Assembly (NCBI GenBank): GCA_964508605.1
Contig: CAZDUI010000006.1
Coordinates: 44,903-108,902 of the forward strand
DNA length: 64,000 nt
Reading direction: 5' to 3'
Source: an uncultured Weeksellaceae bacterium
GTDB lineage: Bacteria; Bacteroidota; Bacteroidia; Flavobacteriales_D; CAZDUI01
Shown piece by piece: positions 8,637-16,648 of the stretch. Position numbers and translations under genes: made by a program. Within the stretch, counting starts at the first letter, position 1. The number at the start of each line of letters is the position of its first letter. The notes under the pieces were generated by a model. It saw only the letters and a list, made by a program, of their open reading frames with translations, did not search any database and was not told where the DNA came from.

Positions 8637-11300
8637 TTACATTCTTATTATTTTAATTTCCGTAGACTCGTTTTTCGTTAGTACCTTAAATAAATAAACC
8701 CCTTTACTAAAGGAAGAAAAATCGAATTCATAATCAGTAGAAGTTGCAACACCATGCATAAGTATTCTCCCGTATATATCACTAAGAAACCACATATTCC
8801 CTAATAACTCCGGGTGAATAAGTAGTTTGGTGATGCCCATAGTGGGATTAGGATAGGCTGACACATTTGCGACTGGTTCAGGGGAAATGTAGATTTCTGA
8901 AATTTCGTTTTTAACAATGGTATTCGTTGCCGTTTCTTGTAAAGAAGAGTTCGCCTCTTGTATTTGATTTAGAGGCTGAATAAAAATTGGTTCATCCTTT
9001 TTTATTATTTTAAAAAGTGCAATTGGATGATATGTATAATCAAGGTCAGGGTATTCCAGTCTCAGTATGCCACCACTGGAAGTCTTATCAATTTCGTAAC
9101 CCAACCAATATCCTGTATAGGCATCATACCAATCTGTTCTAAATTTCTCCTTCGAAACCCCAATATTTATTTCGATACGATGGAAAGGTTTATCCTCAAC
9201 AACCTCAGTAATATGCAAATTATTATCTGAAGGAGGCACCAAAGAACAGGGTGTGCCAGGGATAGCCATAGAATACCAATTGTATGTATTATTGACCAAA
9301 ACACCTATTACGCGGGGATTACCAATTGTTTCTTTTAAAAAAGACACATAAGCCTTACCTTCACCTGTACCTTCTCTTGCAGAATAACCTGGCAGCCAAT
9401 TCTCCTGATTAAAATCAATTCCACCAATAAAATTAGCTAATTTTAAGAACCTGTCCGGTACTGGTGGAGTTACTTGAGTAGAATTCCAAACCAACCCTGT
9501 ACCCATTAAACCAGAAAAGGTACTCGTATAAAAATCAATAAGTGTTGTGGCTCCGTTATCGCATCCCGTCGCATTTCCAGGATATTCTATCCCCCCTCCA
9601 CCTATTTCACTATGAAACACTGGTTTATCACCTATTTCATCTGCATGACTCTTTAACTTTTCACCTCTACTTGTTTCATTGCTATAATGATTGTAACATG
9701 CCACATCTACATAACTTAGGTCAAAGGAATTGTCTGGAAACGCGTTACCGCCATCAACTATACCATCACCCGTACCATCTTTGCCTGTGTAATTAACTGC
9801 AAGCAATTGCTTCGTTCCAATACTCTTTAAGTATCCCAGCATTTCATAATTCCAATCCTTAACATACTGACGCAATGAAGCCGATGTTTCGTATGGTTTG
9901 TATTTCACAGGCGAACAATTAATATGATATGATTGTCCGATGTTGTTCATCTCACTAATAAGTTCAAATATCGCAATCTCAGTAGAATATCCATAACGGG
10001 CAATCATATAACGCAGCCGGTTTTTATAAAATGCCTTTGCTGCCGAGTTGCTAAGAAACTCTTCAGGATATGTTAAACCTAAATCTCTCTGATAACAATA
10101 CCCAGAATCTTTCGGGTTTGACGAACAATTGCCAGTAGTATAAACAGGTGAATTATGCGGACTCCAATCCCAATAAAAAAAATAATAAGTACTCAGTATT
10201 TCAAATGGATAATGAGCCATCATATTAAAATGAATTTTCAGATTCAAAGAATCTGCGCGTTCTAAAATCCGGTCAGTTTCCCAAGCACAATGCATCCTTT
10301 CTGAGTAATCATTTATTTTCTCAAATTCAATCTCCAAATTCCATGGAGCAATCATCATTCTAAAATAATTTATTCCTTTTGTTTTAAAGTGAGTCAATCT
10401 ATCCAAATATTCAACAAATTGTTGTGGATGAACTATTTTGCCAGTATACGGATCATCACCCAATAGTTTCTCTGGCCAGGGTAAATTAATTCCTATAGGA
10501 AAAAAAGTTTCATCATTAATTGTCAAATATCGCTTATTACTACCAACAGTTACATAAGGATCAGCCCCTGTATCCACCACTTTAAACATTACAAACGCAC
10601 TTTGGTATACAGTAGTGTGTCCAATAATATTTGCAAAAGCTCTTACACGCCATTCACCAACTTGAGGCGGCGCGTATCTAATACGAAAAGGACAGGAAGT
10701 GGTATCCTTTTGCCAATATTGCGATGCCGCAGAAGTATCCAATGGGTCATTAATGACTCTTATAAATTCATTATAATAAAAACCGTTTATTTGTTCATAC
10801 CATTGCCAGTTACCGGCAGCGTCGCGTTTTTCAAAAACTGCAAATACATCTACTTCAGAAGGGTTGAAAGGGTTCAACGTTGGGGTAATTCCGGTATGAT
10901 TCACAAAATTATTAATTTCCGCAATAATTCCGGCAGGCAAACTAAAACCCAATTCAAGTTTCTTATACCGGATGGCAACGCCAGGTGTAGTAGATGGCGC
11001 ATACCATTTTAAATGAATAGGATATTCCACAATATTCGCATGTACTTCACCACGCAAGTGTGTTTCAGGATAGATATGTACTTCCTGACCAGATCTAAAC
11101 CATGAATCGGTACCAGGTGCGGTAGTAGTTAAACCATACCCATGACCGATTGAGATTTTTGACTGATGCTCATAATCCCCTTCCAATTGTGCATCAGAAA
11201 GCCCTAGGCCGGGTATCTCGTAGGGCACCGGAGTCTGGCCAAATAATCGCATTATGCAAGTAACACCAAATAAACCAATAAACCAAAAAATCGTCTTCAT
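8637..11300 (-). CDS. putative glycoside hydrolase (DUF5060-like N-domain plus GH5-like TIM barrel) with T9SS C-terminal domain
   Basis: 887 aa with a signal peptide. LNPFNPSEVDVFAVFEKRDAAGNWQWYEQINGFYY resembles DUF5060. The central region has GH5-like acid/nucleophile contexts (FELISEMNN, VFHSEIGG). The C-terminus AYPNPTMGITKLLI...GVYLFKVLTKNE is a T9SS CTD. Confidence 0.65.
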   Translation of the reverse strand: MKTIFWFIGLFGVTCIMRLFGQTPVPYEIPGLGLSDAQLEGDYEHQSKISIGHGYGLTTTAPGTDSWFRSGQEVHIYPETHLRGEVHANIVEYPIHLKWYAPSTTPGVAIRYKKLELGFSLPAGIIAEINNFVNHTGITPTLNPFNPSEVDVFAVFEKRDAAGNWQWYEQINGFYYNEFIRVINDPLDTSAASQYWQKDTTSCPFRIRYAPPQVGEWRVRAFANIIGHTTVYQSAFVMFKVVDTGADPYVTVGSNKRYLTINDETFFPIGINLPWPEKLLGDDPYTGKIVHPQQFVEYLDRLTHFKTKGINYFRMMIAPWNLEIEFEKINDYSERMHCAWETDRILERADSLNLKIHFNMMAHYPFEILSTYYFFYWDWSPHNSPVYTTGNCSSNPKDSGYCYQRDLGLTYPEEFLSNSAAKAFYKNRLRYMIARYGYSTEIAIFELISEMNNIGQSYHINCSPVKYKPYETSASLRQYVKDWNYEMLGYLKSIGTKQLLAVNYTGKDGTGDGIVDGGNAFPDNSFDLSYVDVACYNHYSNETSRGEKLKSHADEIGDKPVFHSEIGGGGIEYPGNATGCDNGATTLIDFYTSTFSGLMGTGLVWNSTQVTPPVPDRFLKLANFIGGIDFNQENWLPGYSAREGTGEGKAYVSFLKETIGNPRVIGVLVNNTYNWYSMAIPGTPCSLVPPSDNNLHITEVVEDKPFHRIEINIGVSKEKFRTDWYDAYTGYWLGYEIDKTSSGGILRLEYPDLDYTYHPIALFKIIKKDEPIFIQPLNQIQEANSSLQETATNTIVKNEISEIYISPEPVANVSAYPNPTMGITKLLIHPELLGNMWFLSDIYGRILMHGVATSTDYEFDFSSFSKGVYLFKVLTKNESTEIKIIRM

Positions 11301-11301
11301 T

Positions 11302-12396
11302 TTATTTGTTTTTGATCACAGAATCCGCTTCCAATTTCTTTATTCGTTCCTCTAATTCCAAAATATATAGGGTTAGTTCCTCAATCTTCTCTTGTTGTTT
11401 CAAGAGCAATTCATTAACCGATGCATGCTTCTGAATTTCAATCTCTTTTGCTGACGGCATGTCAGGTAAGTGTTTGTGTAGGGTAATGTATTTTCGAAGA
11501 TCGCTCAGGGACATTAAGGGATAATCACTTTCAAAAACATAATCAGGAAATGGCTGCAGCGTTACTTTTAGTTCTCTTACATAAAGCATTCCTTGATCAT
11601 TCAGCTTCATAATATCCGTGGATCCGGCTTGCACCAGTACAGCATCGGGACTATAGGTGCGCACATGTAAAGCTGCCTGAGGGATAACCCTAATTCCAAG
11701 TCCGCGGTTGTTTACACGTAACCAGGGTTCATTGGCACCAGCAATACCTACTGTTAGACTGTCTTCTATAATAGAGTATCCGTCAACATGTAATGGTGCT
11801 AAAGGTGAATTTGTATTGATACCAACATGAGCATTACAAGGCGTTCCGGTAAATATAATTGCAGGTGTAGTATTGCCAGGTGCACCTCCACCCGGTTCAT
11901 AACTCCATTTGGGTGCATAACCCGACACATTCCCGTTCATATCTGTAAGAGGAAAACAACCCAAGCCATCACCTATCTGAGTTCCTAACATATCTCTTGT
12001 AACTTGCTGTAATATACCACTAGGATGAACCCCTATTGTTAGCAATTGAAGAGGATCAGCCAAAGAACTTACAGTAAATGAGCCATCAACCTTCAAGTTG
12101 TGGTCTATTCTTGCATCACCATTAATCACCACATTACCCTCAATGGTCATGTCTTTTTCAAACCGGGCACTGTCTTTCACAACAACAGTACTATCAATTG
12201 TAGCATGACCACTTAATCGCGAATTACCGACAACTTCCAGCTTACAATTAGGACTGTTGGTACCCAGTCCTACATTACCCGTTGATGGCACACTGTTGGG
12301 CGTTTGAGCATAGAGTAATCCGGAGGTAACGCTGAAAAACGTATTAACAACAAGCGGCTTATTAACCCAATTAAAATTGAAATTTCGGTATTTCAT
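11302..12396 (-). CDS. tail-fibre-like beta-helical surface protein with conserved C-terminal coiled-coil module
   Basis: 364 aa. Repeated GxGTNSPxxxLxV motifs (GNVGLGTNSPNCKLEVVG, HVGINTNSPLAPLHVDG). Bactofilin-like beta-helix segment. C-terminal PDYVFESDYPLMSLSDLRKYITLHKHLPDMPSAKEIE followed by the heptad-like QEKIEELTLYILELEERIKKLE. Confidence 0.7.
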   Translation of the reverse strand: MKYRNFNFNWVNKPLVVNTFFSVTSGLLYAQTPNSVPSTGNVGLGTNSPNCKLEVVGNSRLSGHATIDSTVVVKDSARFEKDMTIEGNVVINGDARIDHNLKVDGSFTVSSLADPLQLLTIGVHPSGILQQVTRDMLGTQIGDGLGCFPLTDMNGNVSGYAPKWSYEPGGGAPGNTTPAIIFTGTPCNAHVGINTNSPLAPLHVDGYSIIEDSLTVGIAGANEPWLRVNNRGLGIRVIPQAALHVRTYSPDAVLVQAGSTDIMKLNDQGMLYVRELKVTLQPFPDYVFESDYPLMSLSDLRKYITLHKHLPDMPSAKEIEIQKHASVNELLLKQQEKIEELTLYILELEERIKKLEADSVIKNK

Positions 12397-12400
12397 GTTA

Positions 12401-12435
12401 GAAGAATTAGAGCGACCTTGTCGCTCTAATTCTTC
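12401..12435 (-). terminator. perfect 15-bp stem-loop between rnhA and the tail-fibre-like gene
   Basis: GAAGAATTAGAGCGA ccttg TCGCTCTAATTCTTC. It lies 70 nt downstream of the rnhA stop and ends 4 nt before the ATG at 12396. There is no clear U-tract. Confidence 0.5.
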
Positions 12436-12504
12436 TCTTTACCAAATTTTTAGTGTTAAATTTCTCCTTTCAGTAAAAAACGGCGATTCTACACACACCA
12501 TCTA

Positions 12505-12975
12505 CTACATCAGCGTATTACCTGCTTCGCTAATGTATCCCACGTCTGGCGGAAGGTTGGATTGTTCAGAAGCCGCAACTGCCAGTTGGTCGCAACGTTC
12601 ATTTTCAGGGTGACCATTGTGACCGCGCACCCATACAAACCGCACGTGATGTTGCCTGTACACTTGTAAGAATCTGCGCCACAGATCGGCATTTGCCTTT
12701 TTTTGAAACTGCTTTTTCTCCCAGCCGAACACCCATTTTTGTTCCACGGCATCTACCACGTATTTGGAGTCGGAATAAACGGTAACGTACAATTTAGGGC
12801 GATTTAGTGCTTCCAACGCCACAATAACCGCCATCAATTCCATACGGTTGTTGGTAGTGTGTTTAAACCCTGCGCTGAGTTCCTTTTCCGCTTTTCCGTA
12901 ACGCAATATTGCCCCATATCCTCCGGGTCCCGGATTTCCCTTGGCTGCACCATCCGTATATATCAAAACTTCCAT
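12505..12975 (-). CDS. rnhA: ribonuclease HI
   Basis: 156 aa. IYTDGAAKGNPGPGGYGAIL, NNRMELMAV and WVRGHNGHPENERCDQLA motifs are typical of RNase H1. Confidence 0.92.
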   Translation of the reverse strand: MEVLIYTDGAAKGNPGPGGYGAILRYGKAEKELSAGFKHTTNNRMELMAVIVALEALNRPKLYVTVYSDSKYVVDAVEQKWVFGWEKKQFQKKANADLWRRFLQVYRQHHVRFVWVRGHNGHPENERCDQLAVAASEQSNLPPDVGYISEAGNTLM

Positions 12976-13547
12976 GTTCTGCCAATATACTCTTCAATTT
13001 CCTTAGAAAAATGCGCATGTTCCAGCATCTGAACCTTTCGGGCAATATCTATCGGCTCGTCAGAGGGCAGTACAGTTGTTTTGTGTTGTGCAATTACTTC
13101 GCCGCGGTCGTATTCTTCATTTACCACATGAATGGTTATACCGCTTTCAGTATCGCCCGATTGCTTCACGGCTGCATGCACATTCATTCCGTACATACCT
13201 TTTCCACCGTATTTGGGCAACAATGAGGGATGGATATTGATGATTCTATCAGGAAAAACATCCAGCATGTTTTGTGGGATTTTCAATAAAAATCCTGCAA
13301 GTATTACGTAATGAATATTATGCAACAACATGGTTATTTCACCTGATTTCAAGGCTGACAGCGTAAAGGTAAGCGTGGGAATATTGTATTCTCGAGCCAT
13401 TGCAAATGCCCCGCAATCCTGCTTGTTGGAGGCCATTAAAACGACCTTAATCCGGGAGCTTGTTTTGAAATGTTCCATGATTTTTATGGCATTACTGCCC
13501 GTTCCCGAAGCAAAAATTGCCAGTCTAACCTGCGATGATTCTGACAT
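12963..13547 (-). CDS. purN: phosphoribosylglycinamide formyltransferase
   Basis: 194 aa. RLAIFASGTGSNA and INIHPSLLPKYGG motifs. Its 3' end overlaps the rnhA start by 13 nt. Confidence 0.92.
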   Translation of the reverse strand: MSESSQVRLAIFASGTGSNAIKIMEHFKTSSRIKVVLMASNKQDCGAFAMAREYNIPTLTFTLSALKSGEITMLLHNIHYVILAGFLLKIPQNMLDVFPDRIINIHPSLLPKYGGKGMYGMNVHAAVKQSGDTESGITIHVVNEEYDRGEVIAQHKTTVLPSDEPIDIARKVQMLEHAHFSKEIEEYIGRTWKF

Positions 13548-13554
13548 CTATCTG

Positions 13555-14763
13555 TTAGTTGCTCTTTTTCTTTACGGCATACACCACAATTCCTTCGTTG
13601 TGATGACCGTTATAGGAAATCTTGAAAGGCAACTCTTTGTTTTCGCCAATCTCTGTCAGCGCTTTTTCAAGGTCTTGCTGTTTGCACCACGGTATTTGCT
13701 TAATAACCTTTGAATATGTACCAAACAACTGAATATCAAACGAGCCGCTTTCAACAATATAGTGGTATGGTATACCGGTATCGTCCTGTAGAATTTTATC
13801 GCAACTTAAAACCAACTGCCGCATGGTGTTGAATTGCGGGTTAAACAAAACGCAGCTTGCCGATTTCATATAGGTCATACGGTTTGGGAACGCGCTCATA
13901 TACTTTTCGAAACCGGGTACTTCTGTAAGCTTTTCATCTGAAACGTCCTGCTTAAGATAATACGCCTTTCTAAGTACCTTTCGGTCGGCTCCTGTAAATT
14001 CAATAACGTTAACGGCAACTGTCTTTTCGGGTGCCTCTTTACCGGCTTCCAGGCGAAGCTCAGTACCATCGGGTTGAATGGCTATTACATAAAAGTCGCA
14101 AATGTAATGGTTGGTTTTTGCCATCATGTACAGCATCATGTGCAGCATACCATTAAAATGTCTTCTGGAAAAATCGCTTCCCATATGTTCGGTAACAAAG
14201 TATCCTCTGCTGTTCAGGTACTTCATGCTTCCCCTTAAAACATTAAAATAATCTTTACGCGTATTGTAGTCCATTTTAGAAAAGTCGGGCCATGTACCCC
14301 GCGGCTCCAGACCCATCATTACATAGTACTGCGCATTGGGATAAAAGGCGTTACCAAATAAAAAATCGGGACCTGACAAGGGATAAAAACAGGTTGCATC
14401 GGTTCTCTCATCTATCATTCCTTTGCCTGAAAGCCAATCATGAATGGGCTTAAGCATAGTACTTTCGGTAGTTTCCCACGATGTTTTTGCATATTCAAGA
14501 TGCGATTGATAGTAATCTTCTTTTGCATAGGCCGCGAAACCCGTATCAGCACCTATCAGCTCCATACCGGCAATAAAACGGGCTGTGTTGGTAAGAAGGG
14601 TATCTATTTCAACCAGTTTATCTTTAACAACCGGTTTACCATTTTCATCGGTTTGAATACTGTCGTTTCCAGAAGGTTTGTCGTCGGAACCGGAACCTTC
14701 CTGATTGCAGGAGTACATGGAAGCCAGCATTACACCAGCACATAGAATAATAATCTTCTTCAT
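13555..14763 (-). CDS. lipoprotein, unknown function
   Basis: 402 aa with lipobox (LASMYSC). Its ATG overlaps the upstream stop as TGATG at 14761-14765. No family recognised. Confidence 0.6.
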   Translation of the reverse strand: MKKIIILCAGVMLASMYSCNQEGSGSDDKPSGNDSIQTDENGKPVVKDKLVEIDTLLTNTARFIAGMELIGADTGFAAYAKEDYYQSHLEYAKTSWETTESTMLKPIHDWLSGKGMIDERTDATCFYPLSGPDFLFGNAFYPNAQYYVMMGLEPRGTWPDFSKMDYNTRKDYFNVLRGSMKYLNSRGYFVTEHMGSDFSRRHFNGMLHMMLYMMAKTNHYICDFYVIAIQPDGTELRLEAGKEAPEKTVAVNVIEFTGADRKVLRKAYYLKQDVSDEKLTEVPGFEKYMSAFPNRMTYMKSASCVLFNPQFNTMRQLVLSCDKILQDDTGIPYHYIVESGSFDIQLFGTYSKVIKQIPWCKQQDLEKALTEIGENKELPFKISYNGHHNEGIVVYAVKKKSN

Positions 14764-15515
14764 CAGTCAATTGCAAATTTTAGTTTCATGGTAATTTGTG
14801 CTGTTTTTTGACGAGAACCTGTATTAAAGGTTCCGCCCCAGCTGTATTCTTCGTTCTCGTTGCGACCCAGAATTTGAAAAACGCCCATGTTGGCTTTCTT
14901 TAAATATCCAAGGTCGCTGCCCGAATTTTCGGCAATTTGCTCGGCCCTGTGGCGTGCATTTTCGGTAGCCGCGGCTATCATTTCTATTTTTAGTTCCTCC
15001 AAATTCGTGTAATAATACAACGGGCTGCCACTATATAGTTCAAGGCCGTCGTTAATAAGTTCCGTAACATCACGTGCTACCGTTTCAACCAAAGTAATCC
15101 GGTCCTCATCACCTGAATTTTTCGCTTCCACTTTAACCGACTGATACAGTTTGTATCCGTTAAAAACGCGGTGACTGTTTCCCTGGTCGTCGTACTCATA
15201 ATCGTATTGCGGTTGAATATCAATGGCTTCAAAAAGCATTTCTTCCTTTTTTATACCTTTATTCAGCAGATACTTTGTAATAATCTCGCGGTCGCTGTTC
15301 AATTGGGCATACGCTGTTTTCATTTCCATGTCCTGGCGGGAAAACCTACCGTTCCAAACAATCAAATCGCTGTCAAAATCTTTCTTTCCCAATCCGGTAA
15401 CTTCAATGGCATCGTCTACATGGTATTTCATTTTATAGGCATTTCCCAGAAACCTGGCCGCCAGCACCACTGCCAAAGCAATTAGAAAGGTACTGATGAT
15501 TTTTGATTTATCCAT
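14763..15515 (-). CDS. SIMPL (DUF541)-like periplasmic protein
   Basis: 250 aa with an N-terminal membrane anchor or signal. Overall layout and the C-terminal GVFQILGRNE...QKTAQITMKLKFAI resemble SIMPL-domain proteins. Confidence 0.65.
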   Translation of the reverse strand: MDKSKIISTFLIALAVVLAARFLGNAYKMKYHVDDAIEVTGLGKKDFDSDLIVWNGRFSRQDMEMKTAYAQLNSDREIITKYLLNKGIKKEEMLFEAIDIQPQYDYEYDDQGNSHRVFNGYKLYQSVKVEAKNSGDEDRITLVETVARDVTELINDGLELYSGSPLYYYTNLEELKIEMIAAATENARHRAEQIAENSGSDLGYLKKANMGVFQILGRNENEEYSWGGTFNTGSRQKTAQITMKLKFAID

Positions 15516-15574
15516 GATTGAGCAGATTAAGTGAATGAACTACAAAAGTAGGAAAAGTGCCCGTAAAGTTTACT

Positions 15575-16648
15575 TTATTTTTCAACTTTATAAAATTCTT
15601 CAAGATACGGTTTACCATCACTTCCGTAGAATACTTTTCTGCTAAGTAATCCGTTGCGGTAATATGAGCTTCGCTCGCGGTATACAACTTTATTGTTGTA
15701 ATCCAGGCGGGTCATTTCCTTCTCGCGATTCTTCCGGTTGTACTTAATTCTCCAGTTCAAATCGGGTTTCTCGCGATTGTTTTCGCTATAACCAATCTGG
15801 CCGCATTTACGTCCTTTGCGGTCGTATAGTGTAAGCAAAAAATGTGTGGTATTAAATTCATGATCTTTAATCTTTCTGAATGTTTCCTTTCCGTCTGGTG
15901 TTAGCTGAATCCAGACAGAAGTAAGACTATCGCCGCGGGCATCAAAAATAAATTCATCTATTAAATGTTGCTGATGCCAGTGAAACACCGTTTTCTGCCG
16001 AATTCCATTGTTAACGGTTGAGAAAACGGAATAATAATTATAAGAGCCGGTATCGGTTATATTCAGAATCGTAGACGTAAGCGCGCCATTTTCCCAGATT
16101 CGGATTTGCAGTGTATCCGGTCCTAAAGAGTCGTATGCATAGCGTACAATATTCCTGATTCCACTCGGTTCATCGGATTGAATATAGGCAGGTAAATTAC
16201 CCTTATAATATCTGTACCGAATGGCCTGCACCGTATCTTTAAGAAATTTTATGGCAAATACAGAATCAGTATTCCGGTCCGAACCATATGTATCCGTGCG
16301 AAAAGATTCCCGTTCATCGGGTAGTATATATCTGGTGCTGTAAAGTTCTCCGGTTCGATTTTTTACTATGGTAACCTGTTTTCTGCCATTCTGAAAGCGT
16401 TGAATAGAATCAGAAGTTGCAGAATAAACCTCACGTGTTAAAAACACGGGTTTGTCAGGTTTTCCTTTTGCGTACAGCACCCGGTACTTTGATATAGATT
16501 TTACCTTAAGCTGTGTGCATAGTTTTTTATGACTCTCAGCTTGCAGGCTATCGCATTCATAAACCAATTGACTATGTGCTACCCGTGAAGTGAAAACCAA
16601 CACAGATACAGCAAAAATTATTCTTAAATAAATGTTACTCAGCGTCAA
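15575..16648 (-). CDS. secreted repeat protein with YD-like hairpin repeats
   Basis: 357 aa with a signal peptide. Recurrent YxYDxxG-like units (RYAYDSLGPD, LYDRKGRKCGQIGY, RLDYNNKVVYRE, FYGSDGKPYLEEFY). Confidence 0.6.
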   Translation of the reverse strand: MTLSNIYLRIIFAVSVLVFTSRVAHSQLVYECDSLQAESHKKLCTQLKVKSISKYRVLYAKGKPDKPVFLTREVYSATSDSIQRFQNGRKQVTIVKNRTGELYSTRYILPDERESFRTDTYGSDRNTDSVFAIKFLKDTVQAIRYRYYKGNLPAYIQSDEPSGIRNIVRYAYDSLGPDTLQIRIWENGALTSTILNITDTGSYNYYSVFSTVNNGIRQKTVFHWHQQHLIDEFIFDARGDSLTSVWIQLTPDGKETFRKIKDHEFNTTHFLLTLYDRKGRKCGQIGYSENNREKPDLNWRIKYNRKNREKEMTRLDYNNKVVYRERSSYYRNGLLSRKVFYGSDGKPYLEEFYKVEK

